From contig NW_024704743.1 of the NCBI RefSeq assembly GCF_018977255.1, positions 10,604,001 to 10,668,000 of the forward strand: 64,000 bases of DNA. The letters are read 5' to 3'. Below, piece after piece: positions 46,571 to 58,665 of this stretch (position 1 is the stretch's first letter; the number at the start of each line of letters is the position of its first letter). Source of the stretch: Callorhinchus milii (Eukaryota). The notes beneath the pieces are model-generated. The model made no database searches, was not told the origin of the DNA, and worked only from the letters and a program-made list of their open reading frames with translations. Position numbers and translations under genes: made by a program.

Positions 46571-46914
46571 AGGACAGACACCGGGAACATTTTTCGTTAC
46601 CAAGAAGGTAATTAACAACTGGAGCAGGTTACCAGGAAGGGTTATTGAGGCAGGAGTAAACCCAATAAGCAGCTTGATCAGGGAAGGGGGATAGTGGGAT
46701 GGACGTTATGGAACGAGGAAGGGCCAAATGAAGTGCTTCTTCATTCAAATCAATATTATAATCTTGTGTATCATCTTGGTAACACTCTTGCCTCTTAGTC
46801 CCATTTTGTGGTGTTAAGCCCCAAATCAAGAATTTGAATTTACATTGTCTGGGCCAGAGTTTCTCAAATGTGGAAGGCACTATACAAATATAATTTGTTG
46901 TTGTTGTATGACTC

Positions 46915-47705
46915 TGCATGTCAGGCTTTGGCAGCATCAACCTCCATGGTTTGACACTTCAACTCACCAAGCCAGTCAGGAACCTAGGTGTCTTGTTCGA
47001 CCCTCAACTTTGTTTTCTTCCCCACATCCAAGCCATGACCCGCTCTGCCTTCCCTCACCTCCATAACATCGCCCGACTCCGCCACTACCTCACCCCTCAT
47101 GCCTCTGAAACTCTTGTTCATGTCTTCATCACCTCCAGGCTCAACTATGTAAAAGCTTGTCGGCCTTCCCAACTCCTCCCTCCACAGGTTGCAGATAATC
47201 CAGAACTCTGCAGCTCTTGTCCTCTCCCGCACCAAACTCCGTGACCCCATCTCCACCATTCTTGCCCGATTCCACTGGCTCCCGATCCTTCAGAGGATCC
47301 AGTTCAAGATCCTGGTCCTCACCTACAGAGCCCTCCATGGCCTCACTCCACCCTAACTCTGTGACCTCCTAACCCCCTATCAACCCACCCACTTAGCTGG
47401 CCCTGGCCTGCTCCATGTCCCCCGACCCACCCGCCCCACCATTGGCGGGAGAGCCTTCAGCCACTCTGCCCCCAACCTCTGGAATTCCATCCCCCAATCA
47501 CTCCGCCTTGCCCCCTCCTTAGCCTCGTTAAATTCCCACCTCAAGACCCTCCTCTTTGATCATACCATCGGCCATCCCCTTCCCCTCCTCTCCCTTCTCC
47601 CCCCCTGACCCCAGCTCAGGTCTGAAATGCTGTACACTGTCCAGCGCCTTAGGACGTCCTCCCGACATGAAAGGCGCTATACAAATGTAATCTTGTTGTT
47701 GTTGT
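46915..47705 (+). mobile_element. L2 LINE 3' fragment
   Basis: [14 protein letters not shown]…[11 protein letters not shown]; stem-loop and (TTG)n tail. Confidence 0.9.
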
Positions 47706-47954
47706 ATGCAGCTGCTATTGGCTAGCTTCAGCGCCAATACATTGCTAGTCATGCAAATCAATATAACAGATGCAAGTTTGTTAACAAAATTGCTCTTAAC
47801 CACTAAGCTGATAACAATTTTCCCAACAGTTTTAGCCCTAATAATAATAAGTTTTATGTACATCTTAAAAGATTTTCAATTATTGTTCTGTTCTAATCTG
47901 GTTACTGTCTGTGCAAGGTTTGTGCAAAAACATTTTCTTAAATGTCTCAAATGT

Positions 47955-48250
47955 AATAATAATATTCTTTGCAATTGATAGAGCACCTTATCATGTCTTC
48001 GAGACGTTTCAAAGTGCTTCACAGAATAAACTGTAAAGTGTATATTTTGTGGGCGATACACAGCAGCCAATTGCACATAGCAGTGGCCCACAAACAGTTG
48101 TGGATTGAATAATCAAATTTTTTTTTAATGGATTATTACCCCCGGAAAAGCGATCTGCCAATCGACTAACAACCAGGTTCTTACTTACTGCTAGATAAAC
48201 AGAGGCGTGTGGAGTAAAGAAACTTGCTTAATATTTCACCCTGCCTGGAA
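47955..48250 (-). mobile_element. SINE family A (long variant), head truncated
   Basis: CTTACTGCTAGATAAACAGAGGCGTGTGGAGTAA; tail. Confidence 0.8.
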
Positions 48251-48254
48251 ATCA

Positions 48255-48550
48255 AACAACAACAACAACAACTTGGATTTATATAACGGTCTCCACACCG
48301 GACGGAGTCTCAGAGCGCTTTACAGTAACGGATCCCAGGGCCGAGCCAGGGAAAGAGGGAGGAAGGTGACCAAAGGCGCGGTCGAAAAGAAAGGTCTTCA
48401 GCAGAAACCTGAAAATGGGAAGGGACGGAGCGAGGCGAAGGGAGTGAGGAAGGGAGTTTCAGAGCCTCGGGGCATAGTGGTTGAAGGCACAGCCACCGAG
48501 GATGGAGCAGAGGACTCGGGGGACGAAGAGGAGGCCAGACCCGGAGGACC
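48255..48550 (-). mobile_element. 3' end of a different L2-clade family
   Basis: (CAA)n tail, a divergent stem-loop, and a reverse frame reading like AFNHYAPRLWNSLP…LFDRA. Confidence 0.7.
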
Positions 48551-48574
48551 CAGGTTTTGTCAGAGGTCAACAGA

Positions 48575-48763
48575 GGTGGACACCTGAAGAGTCCACCTCT
48601 GTTGAATATTTAATTTGAAGGATGGCTCCAACAATCCAGCAGCCCCCCAGCACTGCACTGGAGTGTCATCTTTGATTATATGAGCTCCAAGTCCTGGAGT
48701 TGAGTTTGAACCTACAGCCTTCAGACTCAGAGGGGAAAGTACTACCATGAGCCAGGCTGACAC
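48575..48763 (-). mobile_element. SINE family B, 5' half
   Basis: GCACTGCACTGGAGTGTCA…TTTGAACCTACAGCCTTCAGACTCAGAGG…GAGCCAGGCTGACAC. Confidence 0.75.
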
Positions 48764-50439
48764 ACCAAAAGGCCCTTTTTAGACTTGGTTTTCGTGAGCA
48801 AAACTGTGAACAGAAACAACCGGCTCACTGCTGCATCCAAATCGATCAATCTTGTGTCAGATCATGTCACACTGAGATCCATTAGAGGCCCTGCAAAGGT
48901 CATGGAGGTGTGGAAAGTAATATCCTAAGGGAACCATTCAGAATAATTATAGAATGGGAAGGTGTATTGAGATTAAATTATTATTGGTTAAAAAGGAATT
49001 AATAATTCAAAACAAAGGGGGGGGGGGATTGTTTTGTTGCAGTTCTCCCCCTTTGTTTTACATTATTAACATGTCTTTTCCCCTGTTTTGTTGCAATCAC
49101 CCCCTTTGTTTTACATCAATACCTTTCACGGACGCTTTACAAGCCCATGGTTGAAAACGGGAGAAAATTAAAATGCCATTAACTCCTCTATAAATTCTGG
49201 TAAAAATAATTCTGCAGCTCTTTGTTTTTTATTTCGATTTTATTGATCTGCTGGCTGATATTTCATTAACTAAGCAGGCACCCCTCTTGTTATTATTGAC
49301 TTGAAGCAACACCAGAAACAACTTGCATTTATATAGGGGCCTTCACACAGGATAGCATCTTGGAGCATTGCATGGTGGCTGGATTGAGGCAGAGGTTAGG
49401 GGTGTCGTGGCTAAAGGCATGGCTACCAATGATGGAGCTGAAGGGTTGGGGGACATGAGATGTTCAATAAAGCCCGTAAAAAATGGAAATTAATTGCAGT
49501 GCTTGTAAGCTAAAGTATGTCATCCCTCATTGACTTTCGCCATTTGTAAGTCCGAGCGATATCTGAATCCATACGCTTTGCACTTCATTGAGAATACATC
49601 ACTGAAATGCGACTTACTAGTTTTCATATTACATCCACATTCAAAACCAAATAAGTGTGAATAATTAAAAACATGTGAGTTTTTTGCAGATATCAAGAAC
49701 TGAAATGATTTTTTTATTGATTGCTTCCAAAACAAATGTGTAAAATGTTACTCTAGTTACGGATGTAATATGTATTCCAAAACTGATGAATCATTAAGCA
49801 AATTGATCCATCATACTTTCCCAGAAAGCACATTGCTCTGAGAGTAGTTTGTAAAACTGTCAGAAGGCTGCAGAGACTGAAATTGAGCTGATGTCTTAAA
49901 CAAATCAGTATGGGTCAGATTAACAACTTCACTACCATCAGAATCAATAGTCAGGATCCCTCCAGGGGAGAGAGTACAGATTCCATTAAGGATGCAAGGA
50001 AATTCCATGCATCGGCAATATGCAAATGTGGAATTCTCAGTCTGATTTGGATACCTGTATCAGACACCCGCCTGACCACAAAAAATCTATAGTTCATCCA
50101 AGTCTAAGCCAAATCCTGATCTGCATTAAAAAACATTTCATAGTTGAATGCAATAAATAATGTTCTGGAACTTATTTTTGAAAGGACATATAAGAAGTAT
50201 ATTCTTAGAAATGAAAAATACTTAACATTGGCATTGAATTTGTGGAAATCAAAGGACATATTAAGGGGGAGAAATTGCAACTTGGTGCAGATTTAGACTT
50301 TTATCCTTTGTATTTCAGAACATACATTTTTTAGACAATTCTTAATTGCAGCCTTGAATTTTGATGCTGGTTTTAATGGGCTTCGAAATTAAGGCAGAAT
50401 GTAAGAATCATCACACACTGGAATTGGCACTCTCTAAAA

Positions 50440-51053
50440 CTTGGGTATAAGGAGTACAATTTCCAAGTTTGCAGATGATACTAAGCTGGGAAAAGCAGTA
50501 AACAGTGAGGAGGATAGTAGCAGATTGCAAATGGACATAGACAGACTGGTAAAATGGGTAGACACGTGGCAGATGAAGTTTAATGTGGAGAAATGCGAAG
50601 TGATGCGTTTTGGGAGGAAGAATGAGGAGAGGCAATACAAGCTGATGGTACAATCTTAAAGGGGGTTCATATAAGTAAATCTTTGAAGATGGCAGGACAG
50701 GTAGATAAAGCTGTCAAAAAAGCGTACGGGATACTAGGCTTTATAAATAGGGGCATAGAATACAAAAGTCAGGAAGTTATGATAAACCTTTATAAACCAC
50801 CGGTTAGGCTTCAGCGAGAGTACTGTATTCAGTTCTGGCCACAAAACTTTAGGAAGGATGTCAATGCACTGGAGAGGGTGCAAAGGAGTTTTACCAGGAT
50901 GGTACCAGGAATGAGGGACTTCAGTTATCAGGAGAGGCGAGAGAAGCGAGGATTATTCTCCTTGGAGCAGAGAAGGTTAAGAGGAGACTTAATAGAAGTT
51001 TTCAAAATTATGAGGGGATTTGATAGGGTGAACAAGGAGAAACTATTTCCACT
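50440..51053 (+). mobile_element. CR1 ORF2 fragment (FADD to C-terminus)
   Basis: ISKFADDTKLG, WQMKFNVEKC, LEQRRLRGDLIEVFKI. Confidence 0.92.
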
Positions 51054-51089
51054 CAGTTTAACGTCTCATCCGAAGGACGGCTTGTCAGA

Positions 51090-51270
51090 TGGTTACGTTG
51101 GTAAAGTGAGTGCCAGCCCAGCCCTGAGCCACAGCAAGCTAGGAGGGCTTAATGTTGGATTGCTTGTCTCTCCTGAGTTAGCTGATTTCAAACACGGCTG
51201 TGCCCCGTGATTTAGCCACTAATTGGCTTCAGTGCACCCAGGTTAACTAGGAAAGGAAAACAATTAAGAA
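51090..51270 (+). mobile_element. LF-SINE-like ancient SINE, 5' part
   Basis: CTGAGTTAGCTGATTTCA…AATTGGCTTCAGTGCACCCAGG…AGGAAAGGAAAA resembles the LF-SINE consensus as recalled; not aligned. Confidence 0.45.
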
Positions 51271-51522
51271 GCTGTCACTCTGAGTTAGTTCTAATTTATG
51301 GATGTGTTTTGCTAGAGATCGTGAGCTGAGGAAGGCATACAAAAGGTCACACCGGAGATTTTAAATGCACTGATCACCATTCAGAACCTTTAGCAGAACA
51401 GATTGGATCCACTGGCCATTAAAAATAACCAATTTTTCATTACATGTTTATAATGGGATTTCTCATTAGCTAAAAGATCACTATTTTTAGACATCGACCC
51501 TTGTTAGACATGGCTATACCTA

Positions 51523-52908
51523 CAACAACAACAACAAGGTTCCATTTATTGAGCGCCTTTCACGTCGGGAGGATGTCCCAAGGCGCTGTACAGTTGGGTC
51601 AGGACCCGAGCAAGGGGGAAATGGTCAGGGTGAGGGGAGGGAAGGGAGGGAGCGAGGAGGGGGTAGAGAGTCGAGAGGGGAGCTGAAGACATGGTCAAAG
51701 ATAAAGGTCTTGAGACCGGCCTTGAAGGAGGAAAGGGAGGAAGCAAGGCGAAGGCACTGGGGGATAGAGTTCCAGAGCCTAGGGGCTGAGAGGCTGAAGG
51801 CCCGGCCACTGATGGTAGGGCAGTTGGGGCGGGGGATGTGGAGCCGACCGGAGCCAGAGGAACGGAGGGTACTGGCAGGTAGGTAGGGGGATAGTAGGTC
51901 GGAGAGGTAGGAGCAAGCAAGGCGTGAATGGCCTTGCAGGTGAGGGTGAGGATCTTGAATTCGATCCTCTGGGGGATGAGGAGCCAGTGGAGGTGAGCGA
52001 GGGTGGGAGTGATGTGTTCCCGGAGCCTGGTGTGGGACAGCACACGAGCTGCAGAGTTCTGAATGACCTGCAGCTTGTGGAGGGAGGTGCCGGGAAGGCC
52101 GACGAGGAGAGAGTTCCCATAGTCCAGCCTTGAGCTGATAAAGGCGTGGACCAGAGTTTCAGCAGCGTGAGGGGTGAGGTAGTGCCGTAGTCTGGCGACA
52201 TTCCAGAGGTGATGGAAGGCGGTGCCAGTTGTGGCGCGGATATGAGGGAGAAAGGACAGCTCAGGATCGAACAAAACACCGAGGTTCCTGACTGGCTTTG
52301 AGAGGTGGAGAGTGCAGCCTTGGATGCTGATGCTGTCAGCGCCTGAGGTGCGGAGGCGCTGACGCGAGCCAATCAGGAGGGCCTCAGTTTTGCGTACGTT
52401 GAGCTGGAGAAAGTTATCTCTCGTCCAGGACTCGATGTCGGACAGGCAGGCTGTCAGGACATCGGTGGTCGTGGAGTTGAGGGTAGAGGAGGAAAGGTAG
52501 AGTTGGGTGTCATCCGCATACATGTGGAAGTTAACCCCATGTCTGCGGATGATGTCACCAAGGGGGAGCATATAGAGGGTGAAGAGGAGGGGACCGAGGA
52601 CAGAGCCTTGAGGGACACCGCACGAGACAGTGCGGGGGCCGGAGGAAAATCCATTTGTGGAGACAAAGTGGAGACGTTGGGAGAGGTATGACCTAAACCA
52701 CTCAAGGACAGGGCCTTGAAGGTTTAGGTTGGAGGACAGGTGGTGGAGGAGGATAGCATGGTCGACCGTATCGAATGCTGCCGATAGGTCGAGGAGGCAG
52801 AGGGAGCCCTGGTCACAGATGGTCAGGATGTCATTGGTGACCTTGACCAGGGCAGTTTCTGTGCTATGGGCAGCACGGAAACCCGACTGAAGGGGTTTGA
52901 ATAGTGAA
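51523..52908 (-). mobile_element. Young L2 LINE, 5'-truncated (1.4 kb)
   Basis: ORF 51546-52913 with [32 protein letters not shown]; (CAA)n tail. Confidence 0.95.
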
Positions 52909-54894
52909 TACACTACTGGGCCTTTGATTACTTCTTTCCATTGTTATGCACTGGTTTGGTGGGATTGGAAGGTGGTACTAGCAGATGCACAATAAATAGC
53001 TGCTCAGTGCTGTGTCTATTGCACGTTATCATAAACTGATAAACTGAATGTTTTCGTAATTTGGTGTTGTGAATGAGGATTGTGGAATCGGCTGAGCATT
53101 GATTATACAATAGCTTTTAACTCATTTAATGTTAGTTACAGAACTTGTGAATTCAAGCCCCATGTCACAGTCTAGACTGTCACCCCAATGCATTGCTGGC
53201 GTCCTGGCCAACAATCCTCCAGATACAATTGGTCATGCACTTTGTGGGTGTTTGTGGGACATTGCTGTGCACAAATTGGCTATCGCCTTCACCTACAAAA
53301 TACACAGTCACTACACTTTACAATGTATCATGTGAAGCTCTTTGTGACATTCTCCCAACTTGAGCTTGAAAGGCTGTATATAAAATGTAAGGATTATTAT
53401 GATTATTATGATTGGATCAGGGGGATTTGATGTTGAAGTTCTTCCGACCTTGCAGTCCAAGGGCAGAGGAATTATTTTGGTAATTAATGAAAGGGGAAAC
53501 CTATGATATACACAGATTGTCTCATCAGTGATATTGAGCACAGCAGTTATTAACCTTTTTCATTCTGCCTGTTTCAGTCCTACTCAGTGGACTTTTAAAT
53601 ATATTGAATGTGAACAGTGAAACCTCAGAATTTAGTAAAACTTAGTGACAAATATAGCAATAAAGATTATCATAATCATTATGTTTGATATCATTTATCA
53701 AGTCAAAACATCTCAAAGTGTTTCACAGATAAGTACTATAAAATGTGATGATTGTGTATTTGTTGGAGAACATAGTAGTCAGTTTGTGCAGAGAAATGTC
53801 CCACAAATGGCCATGAAATGAGTGATCAATTTTATCTGAAGAATTGTTGGTCAGGACACTGTAAGAAACTGCCTTCTCTTTTTGAATTGTATCATGGAAT
53901 CTTTAATATCCACCTGAGCAGCCAGGGTATAATGAATAAAACATCAGGAAATATTTATCAAATTAAACATTAAAGTAAAGCTTTTGTTTTAAAGATCTTT
54001 TTGTTGAAATTATTATTGTGTTTATAGAGGGAAGGAATGTTAGTGTTAGTGGAGGGCAGACATCCCTATTTCAGTAGGAGGTTTCTTTTGCATTCTTTGG
54101 CAAATTTACTGGATGTGATGGCATTTGCTTATATCAAAATAATCCCTTTAAAGTTTCAATCATGCACTTACATTTACAGACAAGAGGAATAGCCCCAAGT
54201 CTCAGTATCAAGCATTCACAGTTGTTAAAGTGCAGCCAACTGCTATCTTGCATTCTAAACTAAAAATAGGGTCAAAAAAATGCCTTTCACAATCCAGACA
54301 TGGCTTTGTTAATTGCAAGTTCTTGATTTGAGCCTGAAATTGTGCGTCACCTTGTTTTGTACCTGTGTTTTCCCTAAGGCATGGAATCAGGAGATTATGT
54401 TACACTCTTTAGTATATGTAAATGTGGAAAATGCCCATGCTCATCAATGTCTGTACCCATGTCATGATTGAATAATAAAAANCACAGAAATTCCTGCTTA
54501 CAAATCTGCTGACAAATTTGTTAAATGAAGCATGATCCTGAGCACCCAGCGGAGAAATTTCTATAGCTGGCGCTTTGCTTTCCCATCTTTCATGGAATCT
54601 TTCAGGCTTTTTCTTTTTTTGGTCAAACCATAAGTCATAATTGATCATTTTTTTTGAGTCACTCTTTGTCTGACACATGCAGAAACCCACCGCCATGCTT
54701 AAGATTATCCACTTAAACATGGAAATTGCAGAGATATATTGTTGGAATGGAATGTGCACTCTCTCCCTGAAAGGACACATCCCGCTTACCTAATTCCAGA
54801 AAGTCTTAGGCATGAGTTGAATAAAACAAAAAATAATTTTTTTACCCCAATATCTAAGCACCAACCATGAAAGAGCACACGGCACAGCAGCACC

Positions 54895-55230
54895 AACAGC
54901 AACAACTTGCATTTATATAGCAACATCATGCAGGTAGTGCCTCGGAGCACAGAACAATGGTGGGGTTTAATGCCGAGCTGGGGAGAAAGGGGACAGTCAA
55001 AAAGGAAACTCTTCAACTGGGTGAAGAAGGGCCAAGGTGGAGGGATTGAGGCTGAGAGATCCTGAGGTTTGGAGTGTAGTGGCTGAAGGTACAGCCACCA
55101 AGAGGGAGAAGAGGTGTCAGGGGGTGCGCAGATTGCCAAAGCCAGCTGAACGAAGAGGGTGGGTAGGGGAGTTGGGAGTGAGCGGGTTGGAGATGTAGGG
55201 AGGTGGTTAGGGCATGGTGGTATAGAATTT
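54895..55230 (-). mobile_element. Old L2 3' end
   Basis: CAACAACTTGCATTTATATAGC tail followed by decayed purine-rich ORF2-end sequence. Confidence 0.6.
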
Positions 55231-55779
55231 TGAGTGTCATGTAACAGCATCCATCCTTGTGGTCTGCCTGAGTGGATTGCGAATCAGTTCCATATAAAAA
55301 GCAATAATATAAAAAATAAAAACAAAAGTAATTTGTTCAGGCAGCATTTATGGAGAGAAGAAAGTGAGTTAACATTTCAGGTCAACCATATAACATGCAG
55401 TTTTGTACTGTTTGCCTGTGACCACTCAGAACTAGGTTGAGATTGCCCCAAATCATTTTACATCAGGTCCTTCAGTCATTAAGGTGAGGAGACTTTCACT
55501 CCATCAGTTGCATTCACAGAAAGTTCTCAGAGATGAATGGATAAATGTACTAACCCACTGCATCCAATCTCCCATGCTGGGATTGAACACTGAAAAAAAT
55601 AGTAAGCATGTAATGGCAACAAAGAAAGCTTAGATCATAAAGAAACAGTGGACCTGAATTTTAAAATTAAAGCTCAATATGGATTTCAGAGATGTAGAGA
55701 TGAAGAAAAAATCTTTCCAATCACTTAATTTTACATTGGGGATTTATGTTTTCAATAATATCAGATTTAATAATATTAA

Positions 55780-56160
55780 TAATCTTTGCATTTGATAGAG
55801 TGCCTTTTACATTGGAAGGACGCCTCAAAGCATTTCACTGGATATACTGTCACTGTTTATTTTGTAGGTGAATACAGCAGGCAAATTTTGCATGAAGTGC
55901 ATGACCAATTTTACCTTGTTGATTGTTAGCCAGCACATTGAGAGAAACTCTCTTCTCTTTCCAAATAGTGTAAATGGGACCTTCAACATCCTCCTGAAAT
56001 GAGTTTAATGACTCATCTGAAGGACCGTACCTTCAACAATACATCTTTCCTCCAATTCTGCTTTGGAGGATCTGCCAAGACTGTACAAGTCCAATGTCCC
56101 AAAATGGGGCTTGAACCCACAACCTTCTAACTTAGATGCGGAAGTGGAGCTACAAACTGA
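55780..56160 (-). mobile_element. SINE family B
   Basis: GGGGCTTGAACCCACAACCTTCT head; CTCATCTGAAGGAC; tail. Confidence 0.7.
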
Positions 56161-57184
56161 GGACGGTGGGTTCATTGTTGGAGCAGCTGTTCTGAGCCAG
56201 GCTGAAATGTGAAGTTTTAGATGCATGTATAAATCAAGTACAATCACAAAAAAAACAGAATAAAAAAGACATAAAAAACGATTTCTATAGCTGAATGTTG
56301 AAACTGTTGAAAAGCACCAAATAATCGTTTGACATTTACCAGCTGTAAAAGGAGAAAAGAGTTTTACATTTCTGTCAATTGGTGTTTGTGTAGACTTGCA
56401 GTTTGATCAGAAACAACAACAAAAGATAACTGAGTCACCAAGCCTTGTGACTGATGATAAATCAACAGTGTTTTGTTTCCTACATGTCGGCAATTGGTTG
56501 CATGATGTTGCAGTCATTGGACCTTTCGACTGAAGAAATACTGCACAGTAACTAGTGTGGCACATAGTGTGAGCTGCTCACATGTTGTTCCAATTACACA
56601 GCAGTTCCCTGACACAGCTGGTTTGCATTTCATGTCTAACATGTTGGGCAACACATAAACTAAGAGCTCTCTTTGAGTCAGCATATATCCCCATTGCTTT
56701 ACAGCTGTTCCACACAATGGGATAAGCCTGACCAAGTGAGCATTTGGTTAATAAAAAAAGTTCCAGTTTTGCGAATTTTCAGATCAAAATTCAACTCACA
56801 CCACATCCGGCATCATTAAGATCCACTTTGCTGCAGCGAGCCTAATTTAATAGTTGTGCTTCACTTTAAACCTGTTAATAGTTCTGAGATATCCCTTTAT
56901 GTGAAAGGCTCTATGTAAATGCAAATGCTTTCAACAAAAGCGACAGTATTTAAGTGTATCATTGGCAGAGTACTGAAAGAGTATCTAGTTTGCAGATAAC
57001 TAGTCTACTTGAGAGGAAACAGAACTGCTATTCCAAGATGTTGTTTCCTGAATAAAATTAATTCATCTGAGGGATCCCTATCACCAAGAGATCACTTCTG
57101 GATGTCTTTGTCATCTTAGGCTACAATTTTAGCATTTCATTCTGGTGTATACTAATTCCATAGCTTCATGCAAGCCAGCCTCAT

Positions 57185-57705
57185 GTGTCAGTTTGGCTCA
57201 GTTGGTAGCATTCTCGCCTCTGAGTCAGGTGGTTGTGGATTCAAGACCCACAGTGGGACTTTAAACTTCCATATCCTGGAGTGGATCTCCCATGAGGTGA
57301 GACACTGCGTGAATACTGAGTCACCAAGCCTTGTGACTGATGATAAATCAACAGTGTTTTGCTTCCTACATTTCAGCAATTGGTTGCAGGATGTTGCAGT
57401 CATTGGACCTTGGAACAGTTGGAGCTGCCATCTTTGGATGAGATGTTAAACGAGGTCCTGTCTGCCTGGTCAATGGGTATTAAAGATCCTTTGGCATTAT
57501 ATGAAAAGAGGTGGGAGTTCTCCCAGTGGCCTAGCCAACAACTACACCAGATCAAATTGGTCACTCACTTCATAGCTGATTGGGAGACATAGGTGCCTTG
57601 TTCACTTATAAACTACAGTCATTTCATTTTACAATAAATCCTGTGAAGCGCTTTGAGACATCCTCCCAGCCTGAAATGCGCTATGTCAAATGCGAGGATT
57701 ATTAT
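57185..57705 (+). mobile_element. SINE family B, full length, carrying a 97-bp captured local sequence
   Basis: GTGTCAGTTTGGCTCAGTTGGTAGCATTCTCGCCTCTGAGTCAGG head…GGATGAGATGTTAAAC…TCAAATGCGAGGATTATT. Confidence 0.85.
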
Positions 57706-57739
57706 TAATATTTATCACAGAGCAATGGGACTATTGATT

Positions 57740-57950
57740 TTCATAACTTTCTCCCCTCCTCAGCTGCAGGTAATGAACCCACAAAGCTTTTGAAACCTTC
57801 ATATGTAAGTACAGACAGTAAGCTTTGGCATGTGATACCATCACTGAGTGTGGGTAGAAGGGGAGAGGGGGAAACATCACTGCTGATGCTGATCCTATCC
57901 TCATTTGTCCACACACACACTTCCCACAGTGGTCACCAGATAACAATCAG
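57740..57950 (-). mobile_element. LF-SINE-like ancient SINE, 3' part
   Basis: Reverse strand CTGATTGTTATCTGGTGACC…GGAAGTGTGTGTGTGGAC…TGAGGATAGGATCAG…GTGATG resembles LF-SINE as recalled; not aligned. Confidence 0.45.
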
Positions 57951-57991
57951 ATTTACTGTACTTCACAGTAAATCCTATGAAGAGCGTTGAG

Positions 57992-57992
<1 letters not shown>

Positions 57993-58029
<37 letters not shown>

Positions 58030-58332
58030 CCTTGCATTTGATATAGCGCTTTTCATGTCTTCTAGACGTCCCAAAGTGCTTCACAGAATATATTGTAAAG
58101 TGAATTGACTGTATATTTGTGGGCGAATGCGGCAGCCAATTAAGCACAGCAATGTCCCACAAACAGTCATGGATTGAAAATGATCAATTTATTATTGTTT
58201 TTGTTTTTTTGGAGGGATTATTATTAGGCGTGTGGAGTAAGGAAACTTGCCCAAGGTTTCGCCCTGCCTGGAATTGAATTCAGGTCTCTCACTTGCAAAG
58301 CGAGTGCTCTAACCACTGAGCTACAGGACGCC
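57993..58332 (-). mobile_element. SINE family A, full length (short variant), long (TAA)n tail
   Basis: Complete head …GAGTGCTCTAACCACTGAGCTACAGGAC and an uninterrupted TAA run. Confidence 0.9.
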
Positions 58333-58347
58333 TGACTGAACGACATG

Positions 58348-58665
58348 ATAATAATAATAATCCTTGGATTTGATATAACGCCTTATCACTTATCATCTTC
58401 GAGATGTCTCAAAGTTCTTTACAGAATAAAGTGAATTGACTACATATTTTGTGAGCGATATGCAGCAGCCAATTGCGCACAGCAGCGTCCCATAAACAGC
58501 CAATTTTTAAAATTCTTTTTTTTTAAAGGATTACTGAACCCAGAAATTCGACTTAGTGCTTATTAGAGTAAGGAAACTTGCCTAACGTTTCGCCCTGCCC
58601 GGGAATTGAACCCAGATCCTCTCCTATGCGAGGCAAGTGCTCCAACCAATACGCTGCAGGACTCC
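58348..58665 (-). mobile_element. SINE family A, full length
   Basis: Head …CAGGACTCC, GGGAATTGAACCCAG T-loop, tail. Confidence 0.85.

Noticed and set aside
54409..54780. 123-aa ORF with piggyBac-like words (CPFR…QQYIS, WFDQK, IDE)
   Set aside because: The motif order and spacing do not fit a piggyBac transposase, and no TTAA-flanked TIRs were seen. It would need an HMM hit to be credible.
56450..56535. Possible C/D snoRNA or hammerhead ribozyme (CTGATGA…CTGA)
   Set aside because: No terminal stem, the C box lacks the leading purine, and no GAAA core with flanking helices is present.
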